Assembly: GCA_964016885.1 (NCBI GenBank)
Contig: OZ024743.1
Location: forward strand, 208,568,001-208,632,000
Direction: 5' to 3'
Source of the DNA: Eledone cirrhosa
Taxonomy: Eukaryota
DNA: 64,000 bases
Part shown: piece by piece, positions 12,901 to 29,070 of the stretch
How the letters are laid out: every line of letters begins with the position of its first letter
Numbering within the stretch: position 1 is the first letter of the stretch
Translations under genes and position numbers: made by a program
Notes under the pieces: generated by a model
The model's database searches: none
The model's input: the letters and a program-made list of their open reading frames with translations, nothing else
Told to the model about the DNA's origin: nothing

Positions 12901-15900
12901 CCTATAGCCACACATGGAAGCTCTTCACTCCATGAGATATACCACAGTTTACCATCCTATAGCCACACATGAAAGCTCTTCACTCCATAAGATATACCAC
13001 AGTTTACCATCCTATAGCCAGATGAAAGCTCTTCACTCCATAAGATATACCACAGTTTACCATCCTATAGGCACACATGAAAGCTCTTCACTCCATAAGA
13101 TATACCACAATTTACCATCCTATAGCCACACATGAAAGCTCTTCACTCAATAAGATATACCACAGTTTACCATCCTATAGCCACAAATGAAAGCTCTTCA
13201 CTCCATAAGATATACCAAAGTTTACCATCCTATAGCCAGATGAAAGCTCTTCACTCCATAAGATATCCCACAGTTTACCATCCTATAGCCACACATGAAA
13301 GCTCTTCAGTCCACAAGATATAACACAGTTTACCATCCTATAGCCACAGATGAAAGCTCTTCACTCCATAAGATATACCACAGTTTACCATCCTATAGCC
13401 ACACATGAAAGCTCTTCACTCCATAAGATATAACACAGTTTACCATCCTATAGCCACAGATGAAATCTCTTCACTCCATAAGATATACGACAGTTTACCA
13501 TCCTATAGCCGCAGATGAAAGCTCTTCACTCCATAAGATATACCACAGTTTACCATCCTATGGCCACAGATGAAAGCTCTTCACTCCCTAAGATATACCA
13601 CAGTTTACCATCCTATAGCCGCAGATGAAAGCTCTTCACTCCATAAGATATACCACAGTTTACCATCCTATGGCCACAGATGAAAGCTCTTCACTCCATA
13701 AGATATACCACAGTTTACCATCCTATAGCCACACATGAAAGCTCTTCACTCCATAAGATATACCACAGTTTACCATCCTATAGCCAGATGAAAGCTCTTC
13801 ACTCCATAAGATATACCACAGTTTACCACCCTATAGCCACAGATGAAAGCTCTTCACTCCATAACATATACTACAGTTTACCATCCTATAGGCACACATG
13901 AAAGCTCTTCACTCCATAAGATATACCACAATTTACCATCCTATAGCCACACATGAACGCTCTTCACTCAAAAAGATATACCACAGTTTACCATCCTATA
14001 GCCACAAATGAAAGCTCTTCATTCCATAAGATATACCACAGTTTACCATCCTAGAGCCACACATGAGAGCTCTTCACTCCATAAGATATACCACAGTTTA
14101 CCATCCTATAGCCACAGATGAAAGCTCTTCACTCCATCAGATATACCACAGTTTACCATCCTATAGCCAGATGAAAGCTCTTCACTCCATAAGATATACC
14201 ACAGTTTACCATCCTATAGCCACACATGAAAGCTCTTCACTCCATAAGATATACCACAGTTTACCATCCTATAGCCACACATGAAAGCTCTTCACTCCAT
14301 AAGATATACCACAGTTTACCATCCTATAGCCACACATGAAAGCTCTTCACTCCATAAGATATAACACAGTTTACCATACTATAGTTACAGATGAAAGCTC
14401 TTCACTCCATAAGATATACGACAGTTTACCATCCTATAGCCGCAGATGAAAGCTCTTCACTCCATAAGATATACCACAGTTTACCATCCTATAGCCACAG
14501 ATGAAAGCTCTTCACTCCATAAGATATACCACAGTTTACCATCCTATAGCCACACATGAAAGCTCTTCACTCCATGAGATATACCACAGTTTACAATCCT
14601 ATAGCCACAGATGAAAGCTCTTCACTCCATAAGATATACCACAGTTTACCATCCTATAGCCACACATGGAAGCTCTTCACTCCATGAGATATACCACAGT
14701 TTACCATCCTATAGCCACACATGAAAGCTCTTCACTCCATAAGATATACCACAGTTTACCATCCTATAGCCACACATGAGAGATCTTCACTCCATAAGAT
14801 ATACCACAGTTTACCATCCTATAGCCACACATGAAAGCTCTTCACTCCATCAGATATACCACAATTTACCATCCTATAGCCACAGATGAAAGCTCTTCAC
14901 TCCATAAGATATACCACAGTTTACCATCCTATAGCCACACATGAAAGCTCTTCACTCCATAAGATATAACACAGTTTACCATCCTATAGCCACAGATGAA
15001 ATCTCTTCACTCCATAAGATATACGACAGTTTACCATCCTATAGCCGCAGATGAAAGCTCTTCACTCCATAAGATATACCACAGTTTACCATCCTATAGC
15101 CACAGATGAAAGCTCTTCACTCCATCAGATATACCACAGTTTACCATCCTATAGCCAGATGAAAGCTCTTCACTCCATAAGATATACCACAGTTTACCAT
15201 CCTATAGCCACACATGAAAGCTCTTCACTCCATAAGATATACCACAGTTTACCATCCTATAGCCACACATGAAAGCTCTTCACTCCATAAGATATACCAC
15301 AGTTTACCATCCTATAGCCACACATGAAAGCTCTTCACTCCATAAGATATAACACAGTTTACCATCCTATAGTTACAGATGAAAGCTCTTCACTCCATAA
15401 GATATACGACAGTTTACCATCCTATAGCCGCAGATGAAAGCTCTTCACTCCATAAGATATACCACAGTTTACCATCCTATAGCCACAGATGAAAGCTCTT
15501 CACTCCATAAGATATACCACAGTTTACCATCCTATAGCCACACATGAAAGCTCTTCACTCCATGAGATATACCACAGTTTACAATCCTATAGCCACAGAT
15601 GAAAGCTCTTCACTCCATAAGATATACCACAGTTTACCATCCTATAGCCACACATGGAAGCTCTTCACTCCATGAGATATACCACAGTTTACCATCCTAT
15701 AGCCACACATGAAAGCTCTTCACTCCATAAGATATACCACAGTTTACCATCCTATAGCCAGATGAAAGCTCTTCACTCCATAAGATATACCACAGTTTAC
15801 CATCCTATAGCCACACATGAAAGCTCTTCACTCCATCAGATATACCACAATTTACCATCCTATAGCCACACATGAGAGATCTTCACTCAATAAGATATAC

Positions 15901-18599
15901 CACAGTTTACCATCCTATAGCCACAAATGAAAGCTCTTCACTCCATAAGATATACCACAGTTTACCATCCTATAGCCACACATGAAAGCTCTTCACTCCA
16001 TGAGATATACCACAGTTTACCATCCTATAGCCACACATGAAAGCTCTTCACACCATAAGATATACCACAGTTTAACATCCTATAGCCACACATGGAAGCT
16101 CTTCACTCCATGAGATATACCACAGTTTACCATCCTAGAGTCACACATGAGAGTTCTTCACTCCATAAGATATACCACAGTTTACCATCCTATAGCCACA
16201 CATGAAAGCTCTTCACTCCATATGATATACCACAGTTTACCATCCTATAGCCACAGATGAAAGCTATTCACTCTATAAGATATACAACAGTTTACCATCC
16301 TATAGCCAGATGAAAGCTCTTCACTCCATAAGATATACCACAGTTTACCATCCTACAGCCACAGATGAAAGCTCTTCACTCCATAAGATATACCACAATT
16401 TACCATCCTATAGCCACGCCACGGATGAAAGCTCTTCACTCCATAAGATATACCTCAGTTTACCATCCTATAGCCACAGATCAAAGCTCTTCACTCCATA
16501 AGATATACCACAGTTTACCATCCTATAGCCACACATGAAAGCTCTTCACTCCATAAGATATACCACAGTTTACCATCCTATAGCCACAGATGAAAGCTCT
16601 TCACTCCATAAGATATACCACAGTTTACCATCCTATAGCCACACATGGAAGCTCTTCACTCCATGAGATATACCACAGTTTACCATCCTATAGCCACACA
16701 TGAAAGCTCTTCACTCCATAAGATATACCACAGTTTACCATCCTATAGCCAGATGAAAGCTCTTCACTCCATAAGATATACCACAGTTTATCATCCTATA
16801 GGCACACATGAAAGCTCTTCACTCCATAAGATATACCACAGTTTACCATCCTATAGCCACAGATGAAAGCTCTTCACTCTATAAGATATACCACAGTTTA
16901 CCATCCTATGGCCAGAGATGAAAGCTCTTCAATCCATAGGATATACCACAGTTTACCATCCTATAGCCACACATGAAAGCTCTTCACTCCATAAGTTATA
17001 CCACAGATTACCATCCTAGAGTCACACATGAGAGCTCTTCACTCCATAATATATACCACAGTTTACCATCCTATAGCCACACATGAAAGCTCTTCACTCC
17101 ATAAGATATACCACAGTTTACCATCCTATAGCCACAGATGAAAGCTCTTAACTCCATAAGATATACAACAGTTTACCATCCTATAGCCAGATGAAAGCTC
17201 TTCACTCCATAAGATATACCACAGTTTACCATCCTATAGCCACAGATGAAAGCTCTTCACTCCATAAGATATACAACAGTTTACCATCCTATAGCCAGAT
17301 GAAAGCTCTTCACTCCATAAGATATACCACAGTTTACCATCCTATAGCCACAGATTAAAGCTCTTCACTCCATAAGATATACCACAGTTTACCATCCTAT
17401 AGCCACGCCACGGATGAAAGCTCTTCACTCCATAAGATATACCACAGTTTACCATCCTATAGCCACGCCACGGATGAAACCTCTTCACTCCATAAGATAT
17501 ACCTCAGTTTACCATCCTATAGCCACAGATCAAAGCTCTTCACTCCATAAGATATACCACAGTTTACCATCCTATAGCCACACATGAAAGCTCTTCACTC
17601 CATAAGATATACCACAGTTTACCATCCTATAGCCACAGATGAAAACTGTTCACTCCATAAGATATACCACAGTTTACCATCCTATAGCCACAGATGAAAG
17701 CTCTTCACTCCATAAGATATACCACAGTTTACCATCCTATAGCCACACATGGAAGCTCTTCACTCCATAAGATATACCACAGTTTACCATCATATAGCCA
17801 CACATGAAAGCTCTTCACTCCATAAGATATACCACAGTTTACCATCCTATAGCCAGATGAAAGCTCTTCACTCCATAAGATATCCCACAGTTTACCATCC
17901 TATAGCCACACATGAAAGCTCTTCAGTCCACAAGATATAACACAGTTTACCATCCTATAGCCACAGATGAAAGCTCTTCACTCCATAAGATATACCACAG
18001 TTTACCATCCTATAGCCACACATGAAAGCTCTTCACTCCATAAGATATAACACAGTTTACCATCCTATGGTTACAGATGAAAGCTCTTCACCCCATAAGA
18101 TATACTACAGTTTACCATCCTATAGCCACACATGAAATCTCTTCACTCCATAAGATATACCACAGTTTAACATCCTATAGCCACACATGAAAGCTCTTCA
18201 CTCCATAAGATATACCACAGTTTACCATCCTATAGCTAGATGAAAGCTCTTCACTCCATAAGATATAGCACAGTTTACCATCCTATAGCCAGATGAAAGC
18301 TCTTCACTCCATAAGATATACCACAGTTTACCATACTCTGGCCACAGATGAAAGCTCTTCACTCCATAAGATATACCACAGTTTACCATCCTATAGCCGC
18401 AGATGAAAGCTCTTCACTCCATAAGATATACCACAGTTTACCATCCTATGGCCACAGATGAAAGCTCTTCACTCCATAAGATATACCACAGTTTACCATC
18501 CTATAGCCACACATGAAAGCTCTTCACTCCATAAGATATACCACAGTTTACCATCCTATAGCCAGATGAAAGCTCTTCACTCCATAAGATATACCACAG

Positions 18600-21500
18600 T
18601 TTACCACCCTATAGCCACAGATGAAAGCTCTTCACTCCATAACATATACTACAGTTTACCATCCTATAGGCACACATGAAAGCTCTTCACTCCATAAGAT
18701 ATACCACAATTTACCATCCTATAGCCACACATGAACGCTCTTCACTCAATAAGATATACCACAGTTTACCATCCTATAGCCACAAATGAAAGCTCTTCAT
18801 TCCATAAGATATACCACAGTTTACCATCCTAGAGCCACACATGAGAGCTCTTCACTCCATAAGATATACCACAGTTTACCATCCTATAGCCACAGATGAA
18901 AGCTCTTCACTCCATCAGATATACCACAGTTTACCATCCTATAGCCAGATGAAAGCTCTTCACTCCATAAGATATACCACAGTTTACCATCCTATAGCCA
19001 CACATGAAAGCTCTTCACTCCATAAGATATACCACAGTTTACCATCCTATAGCCACACATGAAAGCTCTTCACTCCATAAGATATACCACAGTTTACCAT
19101 CCTATAGCCACACATGAAAGCTCTTCACTCCATAAGATATAACACAGTTTACCATCCTATAGTTACAGATGAAAGCTCTTCACTCCATAAGATATACGAC
19201 AGTTTACCATCCTATAGCCGCAGATGAAAGCTCTTCACTCCATAAGATATACCACAGTTTACCATCCTATAGCAAGATGAAAGCTCTTCACTCCATAAGA
19301 TATACCACAGTTTACCATCCTCTGGCCACAGATGAAAGCTCTTCACTCCATAAGATATACCACAGTTTACCATCCTATAGCCGCAGATGAAAGCTCTTCA
19401 CTCCATAAGATATACCACAGTTTACCATCCTATGGCCACAGATGAAAGCTCTTCACTCCATAAGATATACCACAGTTTACCATCCTATAGCCACACATGA
19501 AAGCTCTTCACTCCATAAGATATACCACAGTTTACCATCCTATAGCCAGATGAAAGCTCTTCACTCCATAAGATATACCACAGTTTACCACCCTATAGCC
19601 ACAGATGAAAGCTCTTCACTCCATAACATATACTACAGTTTACCATCCTATAGGCACACATGAAAGCTCTTCACTCCATAAGATATACCACAATTTACCA
19701 TCCTATAGCCACACATGAACGCTCTTCACTCAATAAGATATACCACAGTTTACCATCCTATAGCCACAAATGAAAGCTCTTCATTCCATAAGATATACAC
19801 AGTTTACCATCCTAGAGCCACACATGAGAGCTCTTCACTCCATAAGATATACCACAGTTTACCATCCTATAGCCACAGATGAAAGCTCTTCACTCCATCA
19901 GATATACCACAGTTTACCATCCTATAGCCAGATGAAAGCTCTTCACTCCATAAGATATACCACAGTTTACCATCCTATAGCCACACATGAAAGCTCTTCA
20001 CTCCATAAGATATACCACAGTTTACCATCCTATAGCCACACATGAAAGCTCTTCACTCCATAAGATATACCACAGTTTACCATCCTATAGCCACACATGA
20101 AAGCTCTTCACTCCATAAGATATAACACAGTTTACCATCCTATAGTTACAGATGAAAGCTCTTCACTCCATAAGATATACGACAGTTTACCATCCTATAG
20201 CCGCAGATGAAAGCTCTTCACTCCATAAGATATACCACAGTTTACCATCCTATAGCCACAGATGAAAGCTCTTCACTCCATAAGATATACCACAGTTTAC
20301 CATCCTATAGCCACACATGAAAGCTCTTCACTCCATGAGATATACCACAGTTTACAATCCTATAGCCACAGATGAAAGCTCTTCACTCCATAAGATATAC
20401 CAAAGTTTACCATCCTATAGCCACACATGGAAGCTCTTCACTCCATGAGATATACCACAGTTTACCATCCTATAGCCACACATGAAAGCTCTTCACTCCA
20501 TAAGATATACCACAGTTTACCATCCTATAGCCAGATGAAAGCTCTTCACTCCATAAGATATACCACAGTTTACCATCCTATAGCCACACATGAAAGCTCT
20601 TCACTCCATCAGATATACCACAATTTACCATCCTATAGCCACACATGAGAGATCTTCACTCAATAAGATATACCACAGTTTACCATCCTATAGCCACAAA
20701 TGAAAGCTCTTCACTCCATAAGATATACCACAGTTTACCATCCTATAGCCACACATGAAAGCTCTTCACTCGATGAGATATACCACAGTTTACCATCCTA
20801 TAGCCACACATGAAAGCTCTTCACACCATAAGATATACCACAGTTTACCATCCTATAGCCACACATGGAAGCTCTTCACTCCATGAGATATACCACAGTT
20901 TACCATCCTAGAGTCACACATGAGAGTTCTTCACTCCATAAGATATACCACAGTTTACCATCCTATAGCCACACATGAAAGCTCTTCACTCCATATGATA
21001 TACCACAGTTTACCATCCTATAGCCACAGATGAAAGCTATTCACTCTATAAGATATACAACAGTTTACCATCCTATAGCCAGATGAAAGCTCTTCACTCC
21101 ATAAGATATACCACAGTTTACCATCCTATAGCCACAGATGAAAGCTCTTCACTCCATAAAATATACCACAATTTACCATCCTATAGCCACGCCACGGATG
21201 AAAGCTCTTCACTCCATAAGATATACCTCAGTTTACCATCCTATAGCCACAGATCAAAGCTCTTCACTCCATAAGATATACCACAGTTTACCATCCTATA
21301 GCCACACATGAAAGCTCTTCACTCCATAAGATATACCACAGTTTACCATCCTATAGCCACAGATGAAAGCTCTTCACTCCATAAGATATACCACAGTTTA
21401 CCATCCTATAGCCACACATGGAAGCTCTTCACTCCATGAGATATACCACAGTTTACCATCCTATAGCCACACATGAAAGCTCTTCACTCCATAAGATATA

Positions 21501-24500
21501 CCACAGTTTACCATCCTATAGCCAGATGAAAGCTCTTCACTCCATAAGATATACCACAGTTTACCATCCTATAGGCACACATGAAAGCTCTTCACTCCAT
21601 AAGATATACCACAATTTACCATCCTATAGCCACACATGAAAGCTCTTCACTCAATAAGATATACCACAGTTTACCATCCTATAGCCACAAATGAAAGCTC
21701 TTCACTCCATAAGATATACCAAAGTTTACCATCCTATAGCCAGATGAAAGCTCTTCACTCCATAAGATATCCCACAGTTTACCATCCTATAGCCACACAT
21801 GAAAGCTCTTCAGTCCACAAGATATAACACAGTTTACCATCCTATAGCCACAGATGAAAGCTCTTCACTCCATAAGATATACCACAGTTTACCATCCTAT
21901 AGCCACACATGAAAGCTCTTCACTCCATAAGATATAACACAGTTTACCATCCTATAGTTACAGATGAAAGCTCTTCACCCCATGAGATATACTACAGTTT
22001 ACCATCCTATAGCCACAGATGAAAGCTCTTCACTCCATAAGATATACGACAGTTTACCATCCTATAGCCGCAGATGAAAGCTCTTCACTCCATAAGATAT
22101 ACCACAGTTTACCATCCTATGGCCACAGATGAAAGCTCTTCACTCACTAAGATATACCACAGTTTACCATCCTATAGCCACACATGAAAGCTCTTCACTC
22201 CATAAGATATACCACAGTTTACCATCCTATAGCCACACATGAAAGCTCTTCACTCCATAAGATATACCACAGTTTACCATCCTATAGCCAGATGAAAGCT
22301 CTTCACTCCATAAGATATACCACAGTTTACCATCCTATAGCCAGATGAAAGCACTTCACTCCATAAGATATACCACAGTTTACCATCCTATGGCCACAGA
22401 TGAAAGCTCTTCACTCCATAAGATATACCACAGTTTACCATCCTATAGCCGCAGATGAAAGCTCTTCACTCCATAAGATATACCACAGTTTACCATCCTA
22501 TAGCCACACATGAAAGCTCTTCACTCCATAAGATATAACACAGTTTACCATCCTATAGTTACAGATGAAAGCTCTTCACCCCATAAGATATACTACAGTT
22601 TACCATCCTATAGCCACAGATGAAAGCTCTTCACTCCATAAGATATACCACAGTTTACCATCCTATAGCCACACATTAAAGCTCTTCACTCCATAAGATA
22701 TACGACAGTTTACCATCCTATAGCCGCAGATGAAAGCTCTTCACTCCATAAGATATACCACAGTTTACCATCCTATGGCCACAGATGAAAGCTCTTCACT
22801 CACTAAGATATACCACAGTTTACCATCCTATAGCCACACATGAAAGCTCTTCACTCCATAAGATATACCACAGTTTACCATCCTATAGCCACACATGAAA
22901 GCTCTTCACTCCATAAGATATACCACAGTTTACCATCCTATAGCCAGATGAAAGCTCTTCACTCCATAAGATATACCACAGTTTACCATCCTATAGCCAG
23001 ATGAAAGCTCTTCACTCCATAAGATATACCACAGTTTACCATCCTATGGCCACAGATGAAAGCTCTTCACTCCATAAGATATACCACAGTTTACCATCCT
23101 ATAGCCGCAGATGAAAGCTCTTCACTCCATAAGATATACCACAGTTTACCATCCTATGGCCACAGATGAAAGCTCTTCACTCCATAAGATATACCACAGT
23201 TTACCATCCTATAGCCACACATGAAAGCTCTTCACTACATAAGATATACCACAGTTTACCATCCTATAGCCAGATGAAAGCTCTTCACTCCATAAGATAT
23301 ACCACAGTTTACCATCCTATAGCCACAGATGAAAGCTCTTCACTCCATAACATATACTACAGTTTACCATCCTATAGCCACACATGAACGCTCTTCACTC
23401 AATAAGATATACCACAGTTTACCATCCTATAGCCACAAATGAAAGCTCTTCACTCCATAAGATCTACCACAGTTTACCATCCTATAGCCACACATGAGAG
23501 CTCTTCACTCCATAAGATATACCACAGTTTACCATCCTATAGCCACACATGAAAGCTCTTCACTCCATGAGATATACCACAGTTTACCATCCTATAGCCA
23601 CACATGAAAGCTCTTCACTCCATAAGATATACCACAGTTTACCATCCTATAGCCACACATGGAAGCTCTTCACTCCATGAGATATATCACAGTTTACCAT
23701 CCTATAGCCACAGATGAAAACTGTTCACTCCATAAGATATACCACAGTTTACCATCCTATAGCCACAGATGAAAACTGTTCACTCCATAAGATATACCAC
23801 AGTTTACCATCCTATAGCCACAGATGAAAGCTCTTCACTCCATAAGATATACCACAGTTTACCATCCTATAGCCACACATGGAAGCTCTTCACTCCATAA
23901 GATATACCACAGTTTACCATCATATAGCCACACATGAAAGCTCTTCACTCCATAAGATATACCACAGTTTACCATCCTATAGCCAGATGAAAGCTCTTCA
24001 CTCCATAAGATATCCCACAGTTTACCATCCTATAGCCACACATGAAAGCTCTTCAGTCCACAAGATATAACACAGTTTACCATCCTATAGCCACAGATGA
24101 AAGCTCTTCACTCCATAAGATATACCACAGTTTACCACCCTATAGCCACAGATGAAAGCTCTTCACTCCATAACATATACTACAGTTTACCATCCTTGGG
24201 CACACATGAAAGCTCTTCACTCCATAAGATATACCACAATTTACCATCCTATAGCCACACATGAACGCTCTTCACTCAATAAGATATACCACAGTTTACC
24301 ATCCTATAGCCACAAATGAAAGCTCTTCATTCCATAAGATATACCACAGTTTACCATCCTAGAGCCACACATGAGAGCTCTTCACTCCATAAGATATACC
24401 ACAGTTTACCATCCTATAGCCACAGATGAAAGCTCTTCACTCCATCAGATATACCACAGTTTACCATCCTATAGCCAGATGAAAGCTCTTCACTCCATAA

Positions 24501-27500
24501 GATATACCACAGTTTACCATCCTATAGCCACACATGAAAGCTCTTCACTCCATAAGATATACCACAGTTTACCATCCTATAGCCACACATGAAAGCTCTT
24601 CACTCCATAAGATATACCACAGTTTACCATCCTATAGCCACACATGAAAGCTCTTCACTCCATAAGATATAACACAGTTTACCATCCTATAGTTACAGAT
24701 GAAAGCTCTTCACTCCATAAGATATACGACAGTTTACCATCCTATAGCCGCAGATGAAAGCTCTTCACTCCATAAGATATACCACAGTTTACCATCCTAT
24801 AGCCAGATGAAAGCTCTTCACTCCATAAGATATACCACAGTTTACCATCCTCTGGCCACAGATGAAAGCTCTTCACTCCATAAGATATACCACAGTTTAC
24901 CATCCTATAGCCGCAAATGAAAACTCTTCACTCCATAAGATATACCACAGTTTACCATCCTATGGCCACAGATGAAAGCTCTTCACTCCATAAGATATAC
25001 CACAGTTTACCATCCTATAGCCACACATGAAAGCTCTTCACTCCATAAGATATACCACAGTTTACCATCCTATAGCCAGATGAAAGCTCTTCACTCCATA
25101 AGATATACCACAGTTTACCACCCTATAGCCACAGATGAAAGCTCTTCACTCCATAACATATACTACAGTTTACCATCCTATAGGCACACATGAAAGCTCT
25201 TCACTCCATAAGATATACCACAATTTACCATCCTATAGCCACACATGAACGCTCTTCACTCAATAAGATATACCACAGTTTACCATCCTATAGCCACAAA
25301 TGAAAGCTCTTCATTCCATAAGATATACCACAGTTTACCATCCTAGAGCCACACATGAGAGCTCTTCACTCCATAAGATATACCACAGTTTACCATCCTA
25401 TAGCCACAGATGAAAGCTCTTCACTCCATCAGATATACCACAGTTTACCATCCTATAGCCAGATGAAAGCTCTTCACTCCATAAGATATACCACAGTTTA
25501 CCATCCTATAGCCACACATGAAAGCTCTTCACTCCATAAGATATACCACAGTTTACCATCCTATAGCCACACATGAAAGCTCTTCACTCCATAAGATATA
25601 CCACAGTTTACCATCCTATAGCCACACATGAAAGCTCTTCACTCCATAAGATATAACACAGTTTACCATCCTATAGTTACAGATGAAAGCTCTTCACTCC
25701 ATAAGATATACGACAGTTTACCATCCTATAGCCGCAGATGAAAGCTCTTCACTCCATAAGATATACCACAGTTTACCATCCTATAGCCACAGATGAAAGC
25801 TCTTCACTCCATAAGATATACCACAGTTTACCATCCTATAGCCACACATGAAAGCTCTTCACTCCATGAGATATACCACAGTTTACAATCCTATAGCCAC
25901 AGATGAAAGCTCTTCACTCCATAAGATATACCACAGTTTACCATCCTATAGCCACACATGGAAGCTCTTCACTCCATGAGATATACCACAGTTTACCATC
26001 CTATAGCCACACATGAAAGCTCTTCACTCCATAAGATATACCACAGTTTACCATCCTATAGCCAGATGAAAGCTCTTCACTCCATAAGATATACCACAGT
26101 TTACCATCCTATAGCCACACATGAAAGCTCTTCACTCCATCAGATATACCACAATTTACCATCCTATAGCCACACATGAGAGATCTTCACTCAATAAGAT
26201 ATACCACAGTTTACCATCCTATAGCCACAAATGAAAGCTCTTCACTCCATAAGATATACCACAGTTTACCATCCTATAGCCACACATGGAAGCTCTTCAC
26301 TCCATGAGATATACCACAGTTTACCATCCTAGAATCACACATGAGAGTTCTTCACTCCATAAGATATACCACAGTTTACCATCCTATAGCCACACATGAA
26401 AGCTCTTCACTCCATATGATATACCACAGTTTACCATCCTATAGCCACAGATGAAAGCTATTCACTCTATAAGATATACAACAGTTTACCATCCTATAGC
26501 CAGATGAAAGCTCTTCACTCCATAAGATATACCACAGTTTACCATCCTATAGCCACAGATGAAAGCTCTTCACTCCATAAGATATACCACAATTTACCAT
26601 CCTATAGCCACGCCACGGATGAAAGCTCTTCACTCCATAAGATATACCTCAGTTTACCATCCTATAGCCACAGATCAAAGCTCTTCACTCCATAAGATAT
26701 ACCACAGTTTACCATCCTATAGCCACACATGAAAGCTCTTCACTCCATAACATATACCACAGTTTACCATCCTATAGCCACAGATGAAAGCTCTTCACTC
26801 CATAAGATATACCACAGTTTACCATCCTATAGCCACACATGGAAGCTCTTCACTCCATGAGATATACCACAGTTTACCATCCTATAGCCACACATGAAAG
26901 CTCTTCACTCCATAAGATATACCACAGTTTACCATCCTATAGCCAGATGAAAGCTCTTCACTCCATAAGATATACCACAGTTTACCATCCTATAGGCACA
27001 CATGAAAGCTCTTCACTCCATAAGATATACCACAATTTACCATCCTATAGCCACACATGAAAGCTCTTCACTCAATAAGATATACCACAGTTTACCATCC
27101 TATAGCCACAAATGAAAGCTCTTCACTCCATAAGATATACGAAAGTTTACCATCCTATAGCCAGATGAAAGCTCTTCACTCCATAAGATATCCCACAGTT
27201 TACCATCCTATAGCCACACATGAAAGCTCTTCAGTCCACAAGATATAACACAGTTTACCATCCTATAGCCACAGATGAAAGCTCTTCACTCCATAAGATA
27301 TACCACAGTTTACCATCCTATAGCCACACATGAAAGCTCTTCACTCCATAAGATATAACACAGTTTACCATCCTATAGTTACAGATGAAAGCTCTTCACC
27401 CCATGAGATATACTACAGTTTACCATCCTATAGCCACAGATGAAAGCTCTTCACTCCATAAGATATACGGCAGTTTACCATCCTATAGCCGCAGATGAAA

Positions 27501-29070
27501 GCTCTTCACTCCATAAGATATACCACAGTTTACCATCCTATGGCCACAGATGAAAGCTCTTCACTCACTAAGATATACCACAGTTTACCATCCTATAGCC
27601 ACACATGAAAGCTCTTCACTCCATAAGATATACCACAGTTTACCATCCTATAGCCACACATGAAAGCTCTTCACTCCATAAGATATACCACAGTTTACCA
27701 TCCTATAGCCAGATGAAAGCTCTTCACTCCATAAGATATACCACAGTTTACCATCCTATAGCCAGATGAAAGCACTTCACTCCATAAGATATACCACAGT
27801 TTACCATCCTATGGCCACAGATGAAAGCTCTTCACTCCATAAGATATACCACAGTTTACCATCCTATAGCCGCAGATGAAAGCTCTTCACTCCATAAGAT
27901 ATACCACAGTTTACCATCCTATAGCCACACATGAAAGCTCTTCACTCCATAAGATATAACACAGTTTACCATCCTATAGTTACAGATGAAAGCTCTTCAC
28001 TCCATAAGATATACTACAGTTTACCATCCTATAGCCACAGATGAAAGCTCTTCACTCCATAAGATATACCACAGTTTACCATCCTATAGCCACACATTAA
28101 AGCTCTTCACTCCATAAGATATACGACAGTTTACCATCCTATAGCCGCAGATGAAAGCTCTTCACTCCATAAGATATACCACAGTTTACCATCCTATGGC
28201 CACAGATGAAAGCTCTTCACTCACTAAGATATACCACAGTTTACCATCCTATAGCCACACATTAAAGCTCTTCACTCCATAAGATATACCACAGTTTACC
28301 ATCCTATAGCCACACATGAAAGCTCTTCACTCCATAAGATATACCACAGTTTACCATCCTATAGCCAGATGAAAGCTCTTCACTCCATAAGATATACCAC
28401 AGTTTACCATCCTATAGCCAGATGAAAGCTCTTCACTCCATAAGATATACCACAGTTTACCATCCTATGGCCACAGATGAAAGCTCTTCACTCCATAAGA
28501 TATACCACAGTTTACCATCCTATAGCCGCAGATGAAAGCTCTTCACTCCATAAGATATACCACAGTTTACCATCCTATGGCCACAGATGAAAGCTCTTCA
28601 CTCCATAAGATATACCACAGTTTACCATCCTATAGCCACACATGAAAGCTCTTCACTACATAAGATATACCACAGTTTACCATCCTATAGCCAGATGAAA
28701 GCTCTTCACTCCATAAGATATACCACAGTTTACCATCCTATAGCCACAGATGAAAGCTCTTCACTCCATAACATATACTACAGTTTACCATCCTATAGCC
28801 ACACATGAACGCTCTTCACTCAATAAGATATACCACAGTTTACCATCCTATAGCCACAAATGAAAGCTCTTCACTCCATAAGATCTACCACAGTTTACCA
28901 TCCTATAGCCACACATGAGAGCTCTTCACTCCATAAGATATACCACAGTTTACCATCCTATAGCCACACATGAAAGCTCTTCACTCCATGAGATATACCA
29001 CAGTTTACCATCCTATAGCCACACATGAAAGCTCTTCACTCCATAAGATATACCACAGTTTACCATCCTA
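18600..29070 (+). repeat. About 5.4-5.5 kb block duplication
   Basis: ORF pairs 18841/24371, 19169/24699 and 19442/24972 (5530), 20427/25958 (5531), then 21083/26504, 21418/26839, 21636/27057 and 23166/28587 (5421, two monomers lost). Boundaries are approximate. Confidence 0.8.
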
